Assembly: GCA_951406725.2 (NCBI GenBank) | Contig: OX597832.1 | Location: 248,001-312,000, forward strand | DNA: 64,000 nt | Source of the DNA: Octopus vulgaris | Lineage: Eukaryota | Direction: 5' to 3' | Shown here: positions 1 through 12,781 of the stretch, piece by piece | How the letters are laid out: each line of letters begins with the position of its first letter | Numbering within the stretch: the stretch's first letter is position 1 | Made by a program: the position numbers and the translations under genes | Notes under the pieces: generated by a model | The model's input: the letters and a program-made list of their open reading frames with translations, nothing else | What the model was told of the DNA's origin: nothing | The model's database searches: none

Positions 1-921
1 TGTATTTATCTTGCTCCTGTTCACTCAACTGAAAATTAGTTCCATCATCAACAGCTGGGAATTACTCTTGCAATGAAATAACGTTCCATCCTGGAGGAAT
101 TTGCAAAGATAATAACCAACTAACATCTTGTTTCTACTATCAAAAAGCTGTTATGATAGTTTGCATCACCCATGGTCTTGAATGACTCACACATGTGCAC
201 ACACACACAAGAATATTTACATGTCTGTAGCAAATGTTTTGGATTTAGAGCAATTCTAAAGATGTATACTTATATACAATTGGTTCACTGGTATGCTATG
301 TAATTAGTATCATTGACTTATGATTTAATATAAATGTAACCTGATGATTTAGAAATAACCCGAGAGAGCACATAGTGTTTTGATTGTATAGAGGATTGGT
401 GAAGTGTGGAACCTAGTTGAAATGTTCTCTGTAGGAACTGTAGTTCAGAAATATTCTGATATACTATCGATTAATTTGATTATAATTAGATTTGAACATA
501 AAATTATTCTGGTGCTATCATTGACCTAACTGAAGAAATTTTTAATTTGGAATGCTCACACGAGTTAGATAGATCTTGTCCAGTACAATCTCATCATTTG
601 TTGTGATCTTTTGTCATCTGTTTTAACCAGCCTCTTGTGTGTCTTCAGTGGTCTTCCTCTCTTACAGGTTCCTTTTACATGAAGTTTCTTTATTGAACTG
701 TCATTGTCAATACACATCACATATCTATATCTAAACTGTAACCTCTCTCTCTCTTTTGTACACTGCAGCTGACACCTCTTATATCCAGTTCTTTTCTCAG
801 TTTGTCAATATTTCAATGTTCATACACACTAACATAACACTTCCAGTGGAGTGTGCTTGTTTCATTTCTCCCCAACTAAGCATGTCTTCCTTATTCACTT
901 CTCCATACAACATGCATCATA

Positions 922-2206
922 CGAGGGACGTTCAATAAGTAATGCCCCTGACCCACTTGCAGTTGTTTGAAATTTTTGCATGTGCAATTATTCACATCTC
1001 AATAGATTAAGTGGCGAATTACAGCTCTGAACTACTTGTGGTTTCTGATTTACAGGTGTTTGAACTGAGTCAAGTGTGAAATGGAACCTGTTGAGTGTCG
1101 AGCAGTGGTCCAGTTTTTGTATTTGAAAGGACACACACCACGGGAGACTTTTGATGAAATGAAAGTAACTTATGGTGATGATGCCCCATCATATGACCTT
1201 GTAAAACGAAGGCATTGTTTATTCAAACATGGTCGGAACTCTGTGGAAACAGCTCCCAGATCTGCCCCCCCCCCTTCTGCCATTGATGAGGCATCTGTCC
1301 GTCAAGTTGAGGCTGCCATTTTGGAAGATCGACGCATAACTATTCGCCAAATAGCCCATGAGGTCAAGATTAGTACCGGGTCTGTGGAAACTATCATTCA
1401 TGACCATTTGCATATGCAAAAGGTGTCTGCCAGATGGATTCCCAGGCTGCTCACACCTTTCCAGAAGCAAGAACGCGTCGAGTGCTCGAGAATGAATTTA
1501 GGGATGTGCCAAGAAGATGAGTCAAAATTTTTCAAAAGACTGATTACACAGGATGAAACCTGGGTCCATCACTATGATTCAGAGACCAAAGCCCAGTCAA
1601 TGCAGTGGAAGCACCGTGACTCACCTCCTCCAAAGAAGGCAAGGGTGCAGCCCTCCGCTGGCAAGGTCATGCTCACAGTCTTCTGGGACCAGGACGGAGT
1701 AGTGATGACAGATTTCCTGGCAAAGGGTACCACAATTACAGGAGCCTATTATCCTTCACTTTTGAGGAAATTAAGAGAAGCTATCAAAATCAAGAGGTGG
1801 GGCAAGATCAGCAAAGGCATCCTCCTCCTGCAAGACAACGCTCCGGTCCACAACTCGCATCTCGCCAGATCAGAAGTACAGGTGTGTGGCTATGAACTCC
1901 TCCCCCATCCCCCCTACTCTCCTGACCTTGCACCCTCTGATTTTCACCTCTTCCCAGCCATGAAGTTGTTTTTGAAAGGAAAGCGTTTCCCAGATGATGC
2001 AGCTTTGATTTCTGAAGTCACGTCGTGGTTGGAGGACCAAGCTGGGGTCTTGTACAAAAACGGTTTCCAAAGCTGCATCAAACAACGGGAGAAATGCGTA
2101 ACTCTGGATGGTTCCTATGTAGAAAAAGATTAATAACTGTGCCAAGTTTCGTTGCTCTACTGCTATGGGAAGTGGGTCAGGGGCATTACTTATTGAACGC
2201 CCCTCG
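922..2206 (+). mobile_element. Full-length mariner (DD34D) DNA transposon
   Basis: ~37-bp TIRs (CGAGGGACGTTCAATAAGTAATGCCCCTGACCCACTT and its inverse), TA on both flanks (920-921, 2207-2208), 1285 bp long. Confidence 0.97.
1081..2133 (+). CDS. Mariner transposase, uninterrupted 350-aa ORF
   Basis: WIPRLL, TQDETW, LQDNA and YSPDLAPSD motifs; 34 residues between the second and third Asp. Confidence 0.95.
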   Translation: MEPVECRAVVQFLYLKGHTPRETFDEMKVTYGDDAPSYDLVKRRHCLFKHGRNSVETAPRSAPPPSAIDEASVRQVEAAILEDRRITIRQIAHEVKISTGSVETIIHDHLHMQKVSARWIPRLLTPFQKQERVECSRMNLGMCQEDESKFFKRLITQDETWVHHYDSETKAQSMQWKHRDSPPPKKARVQPSAGKVMLTVFWDQDGVVMTDFLAKGTTITGAYYPSLLRKLREAIKIKRWGKISKGILLLQDNAPVHNSHLARSEVQVCGYELLPHPPYSPDLAPSDFHLFPAMKLFLKGKRFPDDAALISEVTSWLEDQAGVLYKNGFQSCIKQREKCVTLDGSYVEKD

Positions 2207-2717
2207 TACAATTTTTCCTTCACTCATTGAGAGAATCCTTCTGTTATCAGCAAAAGTAATAGCACCTACCCAGTTCTTATTTATCTGCTATGCTAATTAG
2301 GTTATGTAGATAACAATCCTATTCGGGTTTTCACTTCATAAATAACATATGAATCATTGCTAACATCCCAGAAGAAAGCCATCTAAAAGTGAAGGTGATG
2401 AGTGTCTACAACACATCAAATGTTTGACTAATATTCTTTCTTGTATGAAATAATTGATAAATGTCATTATTTTTTTTTTTTTTTTTTCTAATCTAGATTC
2501 TTTTTAAGCAAGATTCAAACTGGATTAGATTTGGAATATTTTGCTTCTCAGTGTGTGAGGGGTGAGGGAGAAGAGGGAGGTTCTGTTGGCTTACTGTTTA
2601 GTTTAAGCTAATCTCATACTTACTCTTTAATGACATATACTGACCAAATAGAAAATTGGTTATTGTTTAGCCCCAGGTCAGCTGTAATTCATCAGACTAA
2701 TGATCAAAGATATTCCA

Positions 2718-3181
2718 CAGTTCTATATTTAAGAGATGAGGAATTATTTACATTTGATGGATATTTGTCCTCATCCTGTTTGTTGTTAACATGTTTCAGC
2801 CTCCATCCTTCATCAGGTGTCTTGGGGAAATTTCGAACTTGGGTTCTCATTCCTAAGGTATTTTTTGATATTGTTGTTGTTGTTATTATTATTATCATTA
2901 TTCAGGTCACTGCCTGGAATTGAACTTGGAATCTTGGGGTTAGCATGCCCACGGGCATATGGCGTAGCGGTTAAGAGTGCAACCTACTAACCCCAAGATT
3001 CCACGTTCGATTTCAGGTAGTGACCTGAATAATAATAACAACAACAACATTGAAAAATACCTTAGGAATGAGAACCCAGGTTCAAAATCTCCCCAAGACA
3101 CCTGATGAAGGCTGGAGGGTATATCAACTGAAATGTGTTAACAACAAGCAAGATGAGGACAAATATCTGTCAAATATAAAT
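2718..3181. mobile_element. Non-autonomous Penelope-like fold-back insertion (inverted pair of terminal repeats with tRNA-like cassette and decayed hammerhead)
   Basis: 2718-2943 is the reverse complement of most of 2944-3181. A 12-bp TSD AAAGATATTCCA lies at 2706-2717 and 3182-3193. The same sequence follows the GIY-YIG ORF at 5220-5470. Confidence 0.85.
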
Positions 3182-3836
3182 AAAGATATTCCAGTTGTGA
3201 CCACCACTCTTACACATATCTGCAATTATGTTGCCTGTTGTGTCCTTTTAAAACTATAGGGTATGCATTTGAGGGAATTTGACTACTACTTTTGTAATTT
3301 GACAGATCTCTTGGAGGTTCTCTCATTCTTGACTGAACAGGTGTTCCTTTTCTGTCATTATTCCTTTTTTCTTGGCAACTTATTAAAACTGTGGTTATAA
3401 AATCCGACATACTTTTAACACTTTGATAATGTTGATGCTGAGGTTGATTATAATTATCTAATCACATTTACTACTTTATAGTTTTAATTGTTTAACTATC
3501 CAATTACAAGTCTAGCAGTATAATTGTAACATCATACATATTTGTCATCTTATGATAGGTTGTTTTCCTGCATGTCAATCACTAATAACTCTTCCATTAT
3601 ACGAACCTCACAGTCTTCCTCCAAACTGTTTAACCACTCTTACCGAGAAACGCTCTTTTTATACCCTACTAAACATTTTGTCCTTCCTAATCACACCCTT
3701 CCATCACTTAGTATCTTTCACCACCTTAGGTATTATGTCCCTCTGGAAGTACAGTTTGCTGTAAAACTACATCTACTGCAGCTGTAACCAATCATTTGCC
3801 ATGTCTACTATATTCTCTATTTCTTTGTGTTGTTTC

Positions 3837-3887
<51 letters not shown>

Positions 3888-5214
3888 TATATACACACAC
3901 ATACATAGGCTGTTATTTTAACTGAAGACATAGGTTACCATTAATAGTCCTAGGGTACATGTGCTATAGTCTGTCATTAAAGATACTTAAGTTATTATAG
4001 TACCTAGGTATATAGTTTGTCACTTACCCTACTGGGAAGTTTTGAATTGAAGATGACATCTTTCCCTATCAGCTCTAATTAAGCCATTTCAGTTTTCTGA
4101 ATCTGATACTTCTAGCAGGTGAAACAACCATGTAAAAGTTATTTCATCAGTATGACATATAAGTAAAGGAGATGTTGCTTAGTTATAGGTTAAAGTTTAT
4201 GATTTATATGTGACACATTAAAATATTATACTCAAAGTACTGCCAATATAAAGAATTTTTAAAATGCCGAGATTAACCTTATGTTTTACTCTAACAAATG
4301 TAACAACTAGACTTCAAGCCTGTATCACCAATCTAGTGTGGCTCATTAGAACTTGCAAATTCATTTGAGACCTTCTGACACAGGTTACCTTTCTTTAAGC
4401 CTGCTTAGCGCACTCTCCCATACTGCAATACAAAAATCACTACTAGCCATGGGTCTACATCATGTCCAATATCTCTTATTGTGACTCTAGTACTGGGACA
4501 CAGATGTATAGCCAGAGGTATGTCTGACAATTTCTGTCTGTGTTTTGGCTGTTTTCTGTTTTAAAAGTACAGCAGATAATACCATGACTTTGGTTTTTCA
4601 GTTAAGATAATTTCTCTTGATATGTACTGGAGGATATGTACCACTTGATGTAAGAAATTTAAACCATTTCTGCTTTCTCATCAGCAGAAGTATATGATTT
4701 TTCTCTTTTCCCTCTCCTGGATAGCAAAGAAATTTTATCAGGTTTTACAAAATTTTCCTGTCTACATTTTTTTTATTAGTACAGCGATAGGTTAAATAAT
4801 TCTGTTTGTTCATTTTGCATTGAAGGCATGCTTGTATTCACTTCACTATTATATGAACAGGCTGCAAAATTTGGGATTGGATAAGAATGTATTTATTTTC
4901 TTCTCTTAAATGTTCACTATATTGTTCTTTTCTTCTTCCTCTTGCAGTGTTTTACCATGTGGCATAATTATATGTGGTAGCCATTTTGGATGTGAAACTT
5001 TTAAAGAATAGAAATAAAATTTTTAAAATTTGTGAAGCAAATTTTTGTTTTTATGCTGTCTACCCCACAGGGATTGAGGGCAACTCCCTCTTTCTTAGAC
5101 AATTTTATACTTTTTTTTTATTTTCTAGTACTCCAAAGAAAATTTTATTTGGCAGTGTTTTAAATAAATGTGTTTTGAAAGGATAAGCATGTCTTCACAT
5201 TATGAGAGTTGAAT

Positions 5215-6388
5215 ATAATAATAATAATTTACATTATTTACATTTGACAGATATTTATCCTCTTGTTTGTTGTTTACACAACATTTTGGTTGATATACTC
5301 TCCAGCCTTCATCAGGTGTCTTGGGGAAATTTCAAAACTGGATTCTCATTCCTAAGGTATTTTTCGATGTTATTATTATTATTCAGGTCACTGCCTGGAA
5401 TCGAACTCAGAATTTTGGGGTTAGTAGCCCGTGCTAATCACTACGCCATATGCTCGTGGGTAATTATGGAGTGAATTTTAGGGTTTATAAATCTAATATT
5501 TTCCTATCCTTCCTTAATACTCATATCTGCTTGGTCTGCTTAGGCGGTTGTTGTGTTCAAGCATATATGTTGCTTCTTTTAGTTTTTGTATTTTCCAAGT
5601 GGTGTTCTCTGTCTATTATTTTAACTTCATCCCACTGGGGGAGTTGGTCTCCATTTTTCCATACATGATCAGCTATACCTGATTTATCAATATCTCCTCC
5701 TGTCACAGCTTTGCAATGTTCAGCTACCCTTATTTTGATGGGGTGGCATGTTTCACCTTTGTATAACCTACCACACCTGCATGGGATGGAGTACATGCAG
5801 TCTTTGGTCATATTCTCTTCTATTGGTGGTTTTACTTGAAGAAGATATATGCAAAGTGTTGTATTACTCTTGAATACTGTCCTGATGTCATATGGGCTGC
5901 ATATCTTTTGTATCTTTTCAGAGAGGCCTTTCACACAGGGTAGACAGGCTGTGGATAGTTTATTGGTTTCGCCCTCTCTTTTCTTCATAATTAGAGCGGA
6001 TATTATACTTTTGGGGTAGTTGTTGCTTAACAGATCATTATTGAGCTTGATCCTTTCTTTGTGGTGTGTATCATGATTGCTGCTTATATTCTTTGCTCGA
6101 TGTTTTAGGCACTGAGCAATCCCTCTCTTTACACTTTATGGATGGTGGGAATTGAAGTTGAGGTATTGTCCAGTGAAGGTCGGCTTGCGGTGTACGGATG
6201 TCCTGAATCCATACTTGGTGCATGTTTTTGATATGTCCAGGAATGCTAGCTGGTTGTCTTTTTCCTGTTCCACTGTGAACTGTATAGATGGCTTTATTGA
6301 GTTGTGTTAACAATAAACAAGATAAGGACAAATATCCGTCAAATATAAATAATGTACATAATTCCTTATCTCTTAAATATAGAAGTGT
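5215..6388 (-). mobile_element. 5'-truncated Penelope-like element (RT C-terminus + GIY-YIG endonuclease + terminal repeat) with an inverted terminal piece at 6304-6388
   Basis: ORF 5557-5988 has MYSIPCRCGRLYKGET...RVAEH...SGIADHVW (PLE GIY-YIG). Upstream minus-strand frames give NSIKPSIQFTVE, LAFLDI and TFTGQYLNFNSHHP (PLE RT thumb). Confidence 0.9.
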
Positions 6389-6987
6389 ATTATAATAATA
6401 TTAATGGTTTCAAATTTTTGGCACAGGGCCAGCAGTTTTAGAGGGAGAGCATTAATTGAATACATTGACTCCAGTACTACTTGACTGATACTTTATTTTT
6501 CAACCTTGAAAGGTCGAAAGGCAATGTTGAACTCAGGCAGCTAAGCATTCTATCCCACATGCTAACAATTTTGTTTGTTCTTTATGTTATCATTTCATAT
6601 TTTGGCATGAGGTTGAAGTTAATTTATAGCATCGACTCCAGTACTTGAATGTTAGTATGTTTTATCAACCCCAGAGGGGTGAATGGTAAAGTTGACCTTG
6701 ACAGAAATTTAACTCAAAATGTTAATTATAGGAATAAATGCTGCAAAGTACTTCTCCAGTGTTCAAATAATTCTCCAAGCTTGCTACTTAATCGAGTTAA
6801 TAATAACACTAATTCTCATTATATACCCATATCTACACACACACACATACACAGACACACTTCTCCCTCAGTAATGTCATTCTACATTGAACTGTTGTTA
6901 TGGTGATGGTGTCTATGTTACTGGTGGTTGTATTACATCTCTTACATCCAGTGACTAGTTTATTCTTTTACCAAACAATTTTAAACT

Positions 6988-7384
6988 TCTAAGGTATTTT
7001 TCTATGTTGTTATTATTATTATTATTATTCAGGTGACTGCCTGGAATCAAACTCGGAATTTTGGGGTTAGTAGCCGATGCTCTTAACCACTATGCCATAT
7101 ACCCATGGGCAATTATGAAGTGAATTTTAGGGTTTATAAATCTAATATTTTCCTATCCTTCCTTAATACAAGTTTCCATATGCTACTCATATCTGCTCAG
7201 TCTGCTTAGGAGGTTGTTGTGTCCAAGCATATATGCTGTTTCCTTTTGTTTTCGTATTTGTCAGTGGTGTTCGAAGAAGATATATGCAAAGTGTTGCATT
7301 ACTCTTGAATACTGTCCTGATGTCATATGGGCCACATAGTGGTTAAGAGTGCGGGCTACTAACCTCAAGATTCCAAGTTCTAGC

Positions 7385-7423
<39 letters not shown>

Positions 7424-8184
7424 CTGGGATGAGGTGGTGAAGCACGACCTTCGAACTTTAGGTCTCACCGAGGAAATGACTAAAGACCGAGACCTTTGGA
7501 AGTATGCTGTGCGTGAGAAGACCCAGCAAGACAAGTGAGACCATAACCCATGGCCTTAGTCCACTAATGCATACCTTTCCTTCTTGAGACACAAAACTCT
7601 ACTTGTGAAGACCTGTTGAGGCAAGTGAAAATCAAAATCAAAATCGATCAACATGAACGGAAATTGTAGCTGTGATACCAGTGCTGGTGGCACATAAGAG
7701 AACCATCCGAACGTGGCCATTGCCAGCGCCGCCCTGACTGACTTCCGTGCCGGTGGCACGTAAAAAGCACCATCCGATTGTGGCCGTTGCCAGCCTCGCC
7801 TGGCCTCTGTGCTGGTGGCACGTAAAAAGCACCATCCAATCGTGGCCGTTTGCCAGCCTCGCCTGGCACATAAAAAGCACCCACTACACTCATGGAGTGG
7901 TTGGCGTTAGGAAGGGCATCCAGCTGTAGAAACATTGCCAGATCAGACTGGGCCTGGTGCAGCCTTCTGGCTTCCCAGACCCCAGTTGCACCGTCCAACC
8001 CATGCCAGCATGGAAAGCGGACGCAAAACGATGATGATGATGATGATGATGATCGAAAAATACCTTAGGAATGAGAACTCAGGTTCGAAATTTCCCCAAG
8101 ACACCTGAAGAAGGCTGGAGAGTATATCAGCCAAAATGTGTTAAAACAAACGATGTGAATAAATATCTGCCGAATGTAAATAAT
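6988..8184. mobile_element. Third copy of the same PLE family as an inverted pair, interrupted by an RTE 3' fragment
   Basis: 6988-7335 matches 5350-5900 with deletions. The plus-strand arm is 7336-7420 and 8052-8184, with the decayed hammerhead at 8101-8142. Confidence 0.8.
7421..8053 (+). mobile_element. RTE family A, 3' fragment with (GAT)n tail
   Basis: TWDEVVKHDLRTLGL...WKYAVREKT coding end, 3' UTR repeats and tail match 16665-17446. Confidence 0.9.
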
Positions 8185-8254
8185 ACCACACTTCAATTAA
8201 TATCTACTCACTTGGATTCTATAATTTAAACTTCCTGACATGAAGCTTTGCTCA

Positions 8255-8256
<2 letters not shown>

Positions 8257-8332
<76 letters not shown>
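8257..8332. repeat. (CT)n microsatellite; many (TA)n/(CA)n tracts elsewhere (e.g. 3841-3900, 18050-18110, 39590-39646, 58370-58436, 62279-62415, 62646-62708)
   Basis: Direct inspection. Confidence 0.95.
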
Positions 8333-8335
<3 letters not shown>

Positions 8336-10509
8336 AATACACTCAAATAATCTAGTTTGTCAACAAAAAAGATGGTACTCAATAGTTCATGATAAACAAA
8401 CTGAAAATGTGTGAGAGACTGTGTTGTAAATCAGTATCACATCAGTGCAAATATCTTTTTTTCTCTCCATCTCCCTGCAAATATTGAAAATGTGAGTGAG
8501 ACAAGTAAATCCCTTAAACCAAACATTATGTTTAGTATCCATGCATAAAGGCTCTCTCTCTCTCTCTCTCTTACAGACAGACAGACAGACACACATACAT
8601 ACAGACAACTTGCTGCTTCTAAATGGGATTTTGTGACTGTTATTCAGAATATTAATTAATGTCATTGAATATGTCTAAATTTCTCAGGACAATTTAGAAT
8701 TATGCAAAACACAATAATTACTCTGTAAATGATATATCAAACTGCATTAACAGTTGATATATTGTATTGTCAGCAGTCATACTGTAATATCACTATAGTA
8801 TATATCAGTAGGTATACTATATCACTATGCATATTGTACTATTTATTAGCACATAGGGGTGCTTTCTTTTTATTACTTGTAAGCAGTCAATCCAATTGTA
8901 AATGACCATTATATTGTAGAGGCATAGGATATTATAGACATGAGATAAGCCTTGTTTGTTAACAATCATTAGGCTGATGGAACATAGCTAGGACATAAAA
9001 TATGGATCATGGAATAGTTTAGGATGAGATGATTCAGGACTTGAGTAAAATTATTATTGCAATCATCATCGTTACTACAAAAATATTTCTCATTATGGAC
9101 ACCAATTAATTGTTGTCATTTAGAACATTACATAGTATTTAGATATAAATTTTCTGTCAAGTACTTTGAAGTACTTTCAATGTCAGTTTAATTTTTCATT
9201 GTTTTCTGTTGAACTGAGATAGAGAAGGTAATTTGTTATTAATTGTAATCCTAGAATAATAACTTCTGGCTAAAATACATGCTGAACATACTGAAGTGAT
9301 TTGTGTTGTGTGCTTATATGTGTATGTATGTGTGTGTGTTAGTATATGTATACATTTTTTAGGTTGAGGATTTTGGCCACACTAAAGTACAGTATATACA
9401 AGTCATACTACTTCAACAATACCTAACTTTTGATGAACAAGGGAGTGTGATGCCACTGCTCTCAATTGCATTTCTCACTGTGATGTTGGTTTCTCTGGTT
9501 ACACAGATAATAGGTTATCCAGGTGTTTTTTGAATACATTTCCATTTCTCAGTTTCTTTAGCAAAATATTGTAAAGCTGTGGGTTTTCGAACCCTGGCTG
9601 TTGCAGTATATGATCTTGATTTTCCATAGAAGGGTGGGACCTTAAGGACTATGAAGTAACAACCAATTCAGCAATTATTATAGCTCTCAATACCAAATTT
9701 TGGCATGCACCTTTCATGGATCTTCCATGTATAGATAATTGCATATCTTTCCCATCTTTTCTCCAGTAAGTAGAATTTTAATGCTTTCCAATCACTTCCA
9801 ATAGCTTTACTATTACATCAAGACAATCTTCTTTGTGAAGCATTGTTGGATTGTTTCTAGATCTGCTCTTAGTTTAATACAGTTAGGTGACCTTAGTTGT
9901 GAGCAGCAGCCTTGGTGACCGAAGATAAATGTTCTCCACAAAAGCAGCATGGTTTCCTGCTCAGTTGTATTTATATATGGCAAAAAGGAGACTAAATGAT
10001 GATGAGGATGTGTGTGTGTGTGTGTACATATATGTATAATGTATTATATCTACATATATTTATAGGTATCAACAGAAATTTATATCATCATCATCATCAC
10101 TATCATTTACAGGTTAAAAAGAATTTGTTGAGGCATATTTTCTCATAGCTAGATATGCTCTTCATAGAAGACTAGAAATGAATAATCTTGCCTGTCTGTT
10201 GTTGATCATGCTCATTACAACTATCACGTGGTGTATAGACAAGAGTACATACAAATACACATAAAACATGCACACACACACATACACATGTTTGTGTGTT
10301 TGCATATGCCCTTGTGTGTGTGAGTTTAGAGGGATATATTTGGACAGATACCGTGATAGCTAACTCTCAGTTATGTTCTAGGATATTGTTATATCCTAAT
10401 GTATTTAATGTCTATGACTACTAGGAGTTGTCACTTATGCCGTAAATTTCTCTGATGGATAATACCATGTTTACTTCACTGGATGGTAATATTATCTGGA
10501 GTGTATATT

Positions 10510-10809
10510 TGCAATAATTATAATGATAGAGAATATGGAGACTGGTACATCCTCAAAATTTATTTTCTTTTATTTTACAATGTCATATACCATATTTTAT
10601 GGTTACAACAACCTACACATATTTTGAGCAGTTGCATATGCAACCAGGCATAATTTTCTGTGCAGCTTTGTTCAGAGTCTTTCAATCAGCTTGGTTTGTT
10701 GCATAGATCATCATAACCATAAAATATGCTGTATGACATTGTAAAATAAAAGGAAATAAATTTTGAGAATGTACCAGTCTCCATATTCTCTATCATTATA
10801 ATTATTGCA
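10510..10809. repeat. Fold-back element, ~95-bp inverted arms, ~110-bp spacer
   Basis: TGCAATAATTATAATGATAGAGAATATGGAGACTGGTACAT...TATGGTTA is mirrored at 10714-10809. Confidence 0.9.
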
Positions 10810-10900
10810 TGCATATATATATATAAGATTCTGTCTACCAAATCCACTTACAAAGCTTTGGTCAGCCCAGGACTATAGTAGAAGACACCTGTTTTATATA

Positions 10901-12233
10901 CAGGGTATTTGGGCTAAATTTGGTAATATTTTATGTTCTTTTTTAAGAACAGCTTGATGTATTGGTGATCAGTCAACAGTATTGGACAGCATAAAGATTA
11001 AAATTGTAGTTGAGAAAAAGTTAGCTGATATGGAGAACTGGAAACCTTCTGAATATTGGAAAAGAGTTACCAGTATCATGATGATTCATGCTGATTATCA
11101 AAGTGTCGACATGATGACTGCTGCTCAATGCTCTGTGAACATTGTAAAGGCTGTGAGATATGACATGGACAGCTGTAGTGAGGACTACAAAGCCATGATC
11201 AGCAGGAAGGGACACAAAGGGTGTTTTGATAGCACCTGCATGCCAGAATTTATCCAACAACTGCAGGACAAGGTGATGGAAGATCCAATGAAAGAAATTT
11301 GTGCTTTGGTGAGAGGAATGGGTGTTGGAGTAGCTTCTATGAAACTGGTTTTGAATGAAGACTTTTGCTACCACTTGTACAAGAGACACAAGGGACAAAT
11401 TCTGACAGTCAGGGCCCTGGAGAAACACTTGACAAAAGCAAAGAAGCTCCTGAACAAGCTGAGGTATCCTGTTAAGCCAGGTATAATCTGGTTCTTCTCA
11501 GATGAAAAGAACATCTGTCAGGACAAATTGCACAACACTCAGAGCAGCAGGTGACTTGCCTACAATCCATGTGATGTTCATCATCATCATCATCATCATC
11601 ATTTAGCATCCGTTTTCCATGCTAGCATGGGTTCACATATGAAAACCAAGTTACTCCAAGCTGTGATGGTCTTTGGCAGTGTCTCCAGTGAAGGTGATGC
11701 CATGCCACTCCAGATCTTTAAATAGGGCCTTAGGCCCAATTCAGATGGCTATGTAAAGCTGCTGGAGACTGGTCAAACCCTGGCTGGATAGGGATGCTGC
11801 TGGAAGACCAAATGTGTGACAGCAGGATACAGTTCTCTGCCATACTTCAAGAAAGAGTAAAAAGTGGTTACAAGTGAATTTTTATGACTTCGCCAGCCCC
11901 AATTTCTGGCCTCCTAGTTCCCCCAATTTTAATCCCATGGATTACTATGTGTGGGACACAGCTGAAAAACATCAATTTCTGCCTGAAACACCAAGGCCAA
12001 GATCAAGGAGGTGTTTTAAAGATGTTCCCAGGAACACAGAAGCACATGCACCAAGTTCTGGAGCTGTCTCAAGATCATGTTGGAAGCTGAGGACAGCTAC
12101 TTTGAATAAACTGTTTTCTTCCACCCATAATTGAGTTGATATTTTTTATATTTTAAAATATTTTGTGTTTGTATGGGATATTATGTTTTCTTTTGATTTT
12201 ATGTAATCTGTCCAATTTAGCTCAAACACCCTG
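10901..12233 (+). mobile_element. Decayed Tc1/mariner-superfamily element, maT (DD37D) type
   Basis: TIRs CAGGGTATTTGGGCTAAATT / AATTTAGCTCAAACACCCTG with TA flanks. Motifs FFSDEK, QD and WPPSSPNFNPMDYYVW, with 37 residues between the last two Asp. Contains stops and frameshifts. Confidence 0.85.
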
Positions 12234-12245
12234 TATATGTATATA

Positions 12246-12404
12246 GGCACAATCATGGATGTGTGGTTAAGAAGTTTGATTCTCAACCATTTGGTTTTAG
12301 GTTCATCTCACTGAGTGGCACCTTGGGCAGTGTCTTCTACTATAGTCCCAGGTTGACCAAATCCTTGTAAGTGGATTTGGTAGGCAGAAACTGAAAGTAG
12401 TATG

Positions 12405-12442
<38 letters not shown>

Positions 12443-12781
12443 GTGTGCATGCATGTGTGTGTTTGTATCTTTGTGTCTCTTTGTCATGACATCATTGTGC
12501 ATTTGTTGTAAAATGAATGTCATTCATCATCACTTTAACATCCAATTTTCCACACTTGCATAGGTTGGATAGAGTTTACGGAGGCAGATTTTCAATAGCT
12601 GGATGCTCTTCCTAATTTCCAATATTCTGTCAATACATGCCTCACTGGGGAAATTTTACCTTGCTTGGAAACAAGTAAGCATTGGTGATAGGAAGGGCAT
12701 CTGGCCATGGAAAACCTGTTTCAGCAAATCCCATCTCACCTATGCAAGCATGGAAAAGTGAATGTTAAATAATGATGATGA
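12246..12781 (+). mobile_element. tRNA-derived SINE with RTE-like 3' tail (related heads at 23374-23520, 60255-60410, 62530-62612)
   Basis: A/B-box-like head (TGTGTGGTTAAGAAG...GGTTCA), conserved body GTGGATTTGGTAG.CGGAAACTGAAAG, internal (TA/TG)n, and tail GGAAGGGCATC...GCATGGAAAA..GTTAAAT(GAT)n. Confidence 0.75.

Noticed and set aside
336-385. CTGATGA at 342 (and CTGAAGA on the minus strand at ~642-648) as hammerheads
   Set aside because: No convincing GAAA plus paired stems I-III.
2953-3025. Possible real tRNA gene (also 20945-21014 and 43120-43192)
   Set aside because: Acceptor and T stems do not pair properly, there is no clean terminator, and the sequences are heads of repeated elements.
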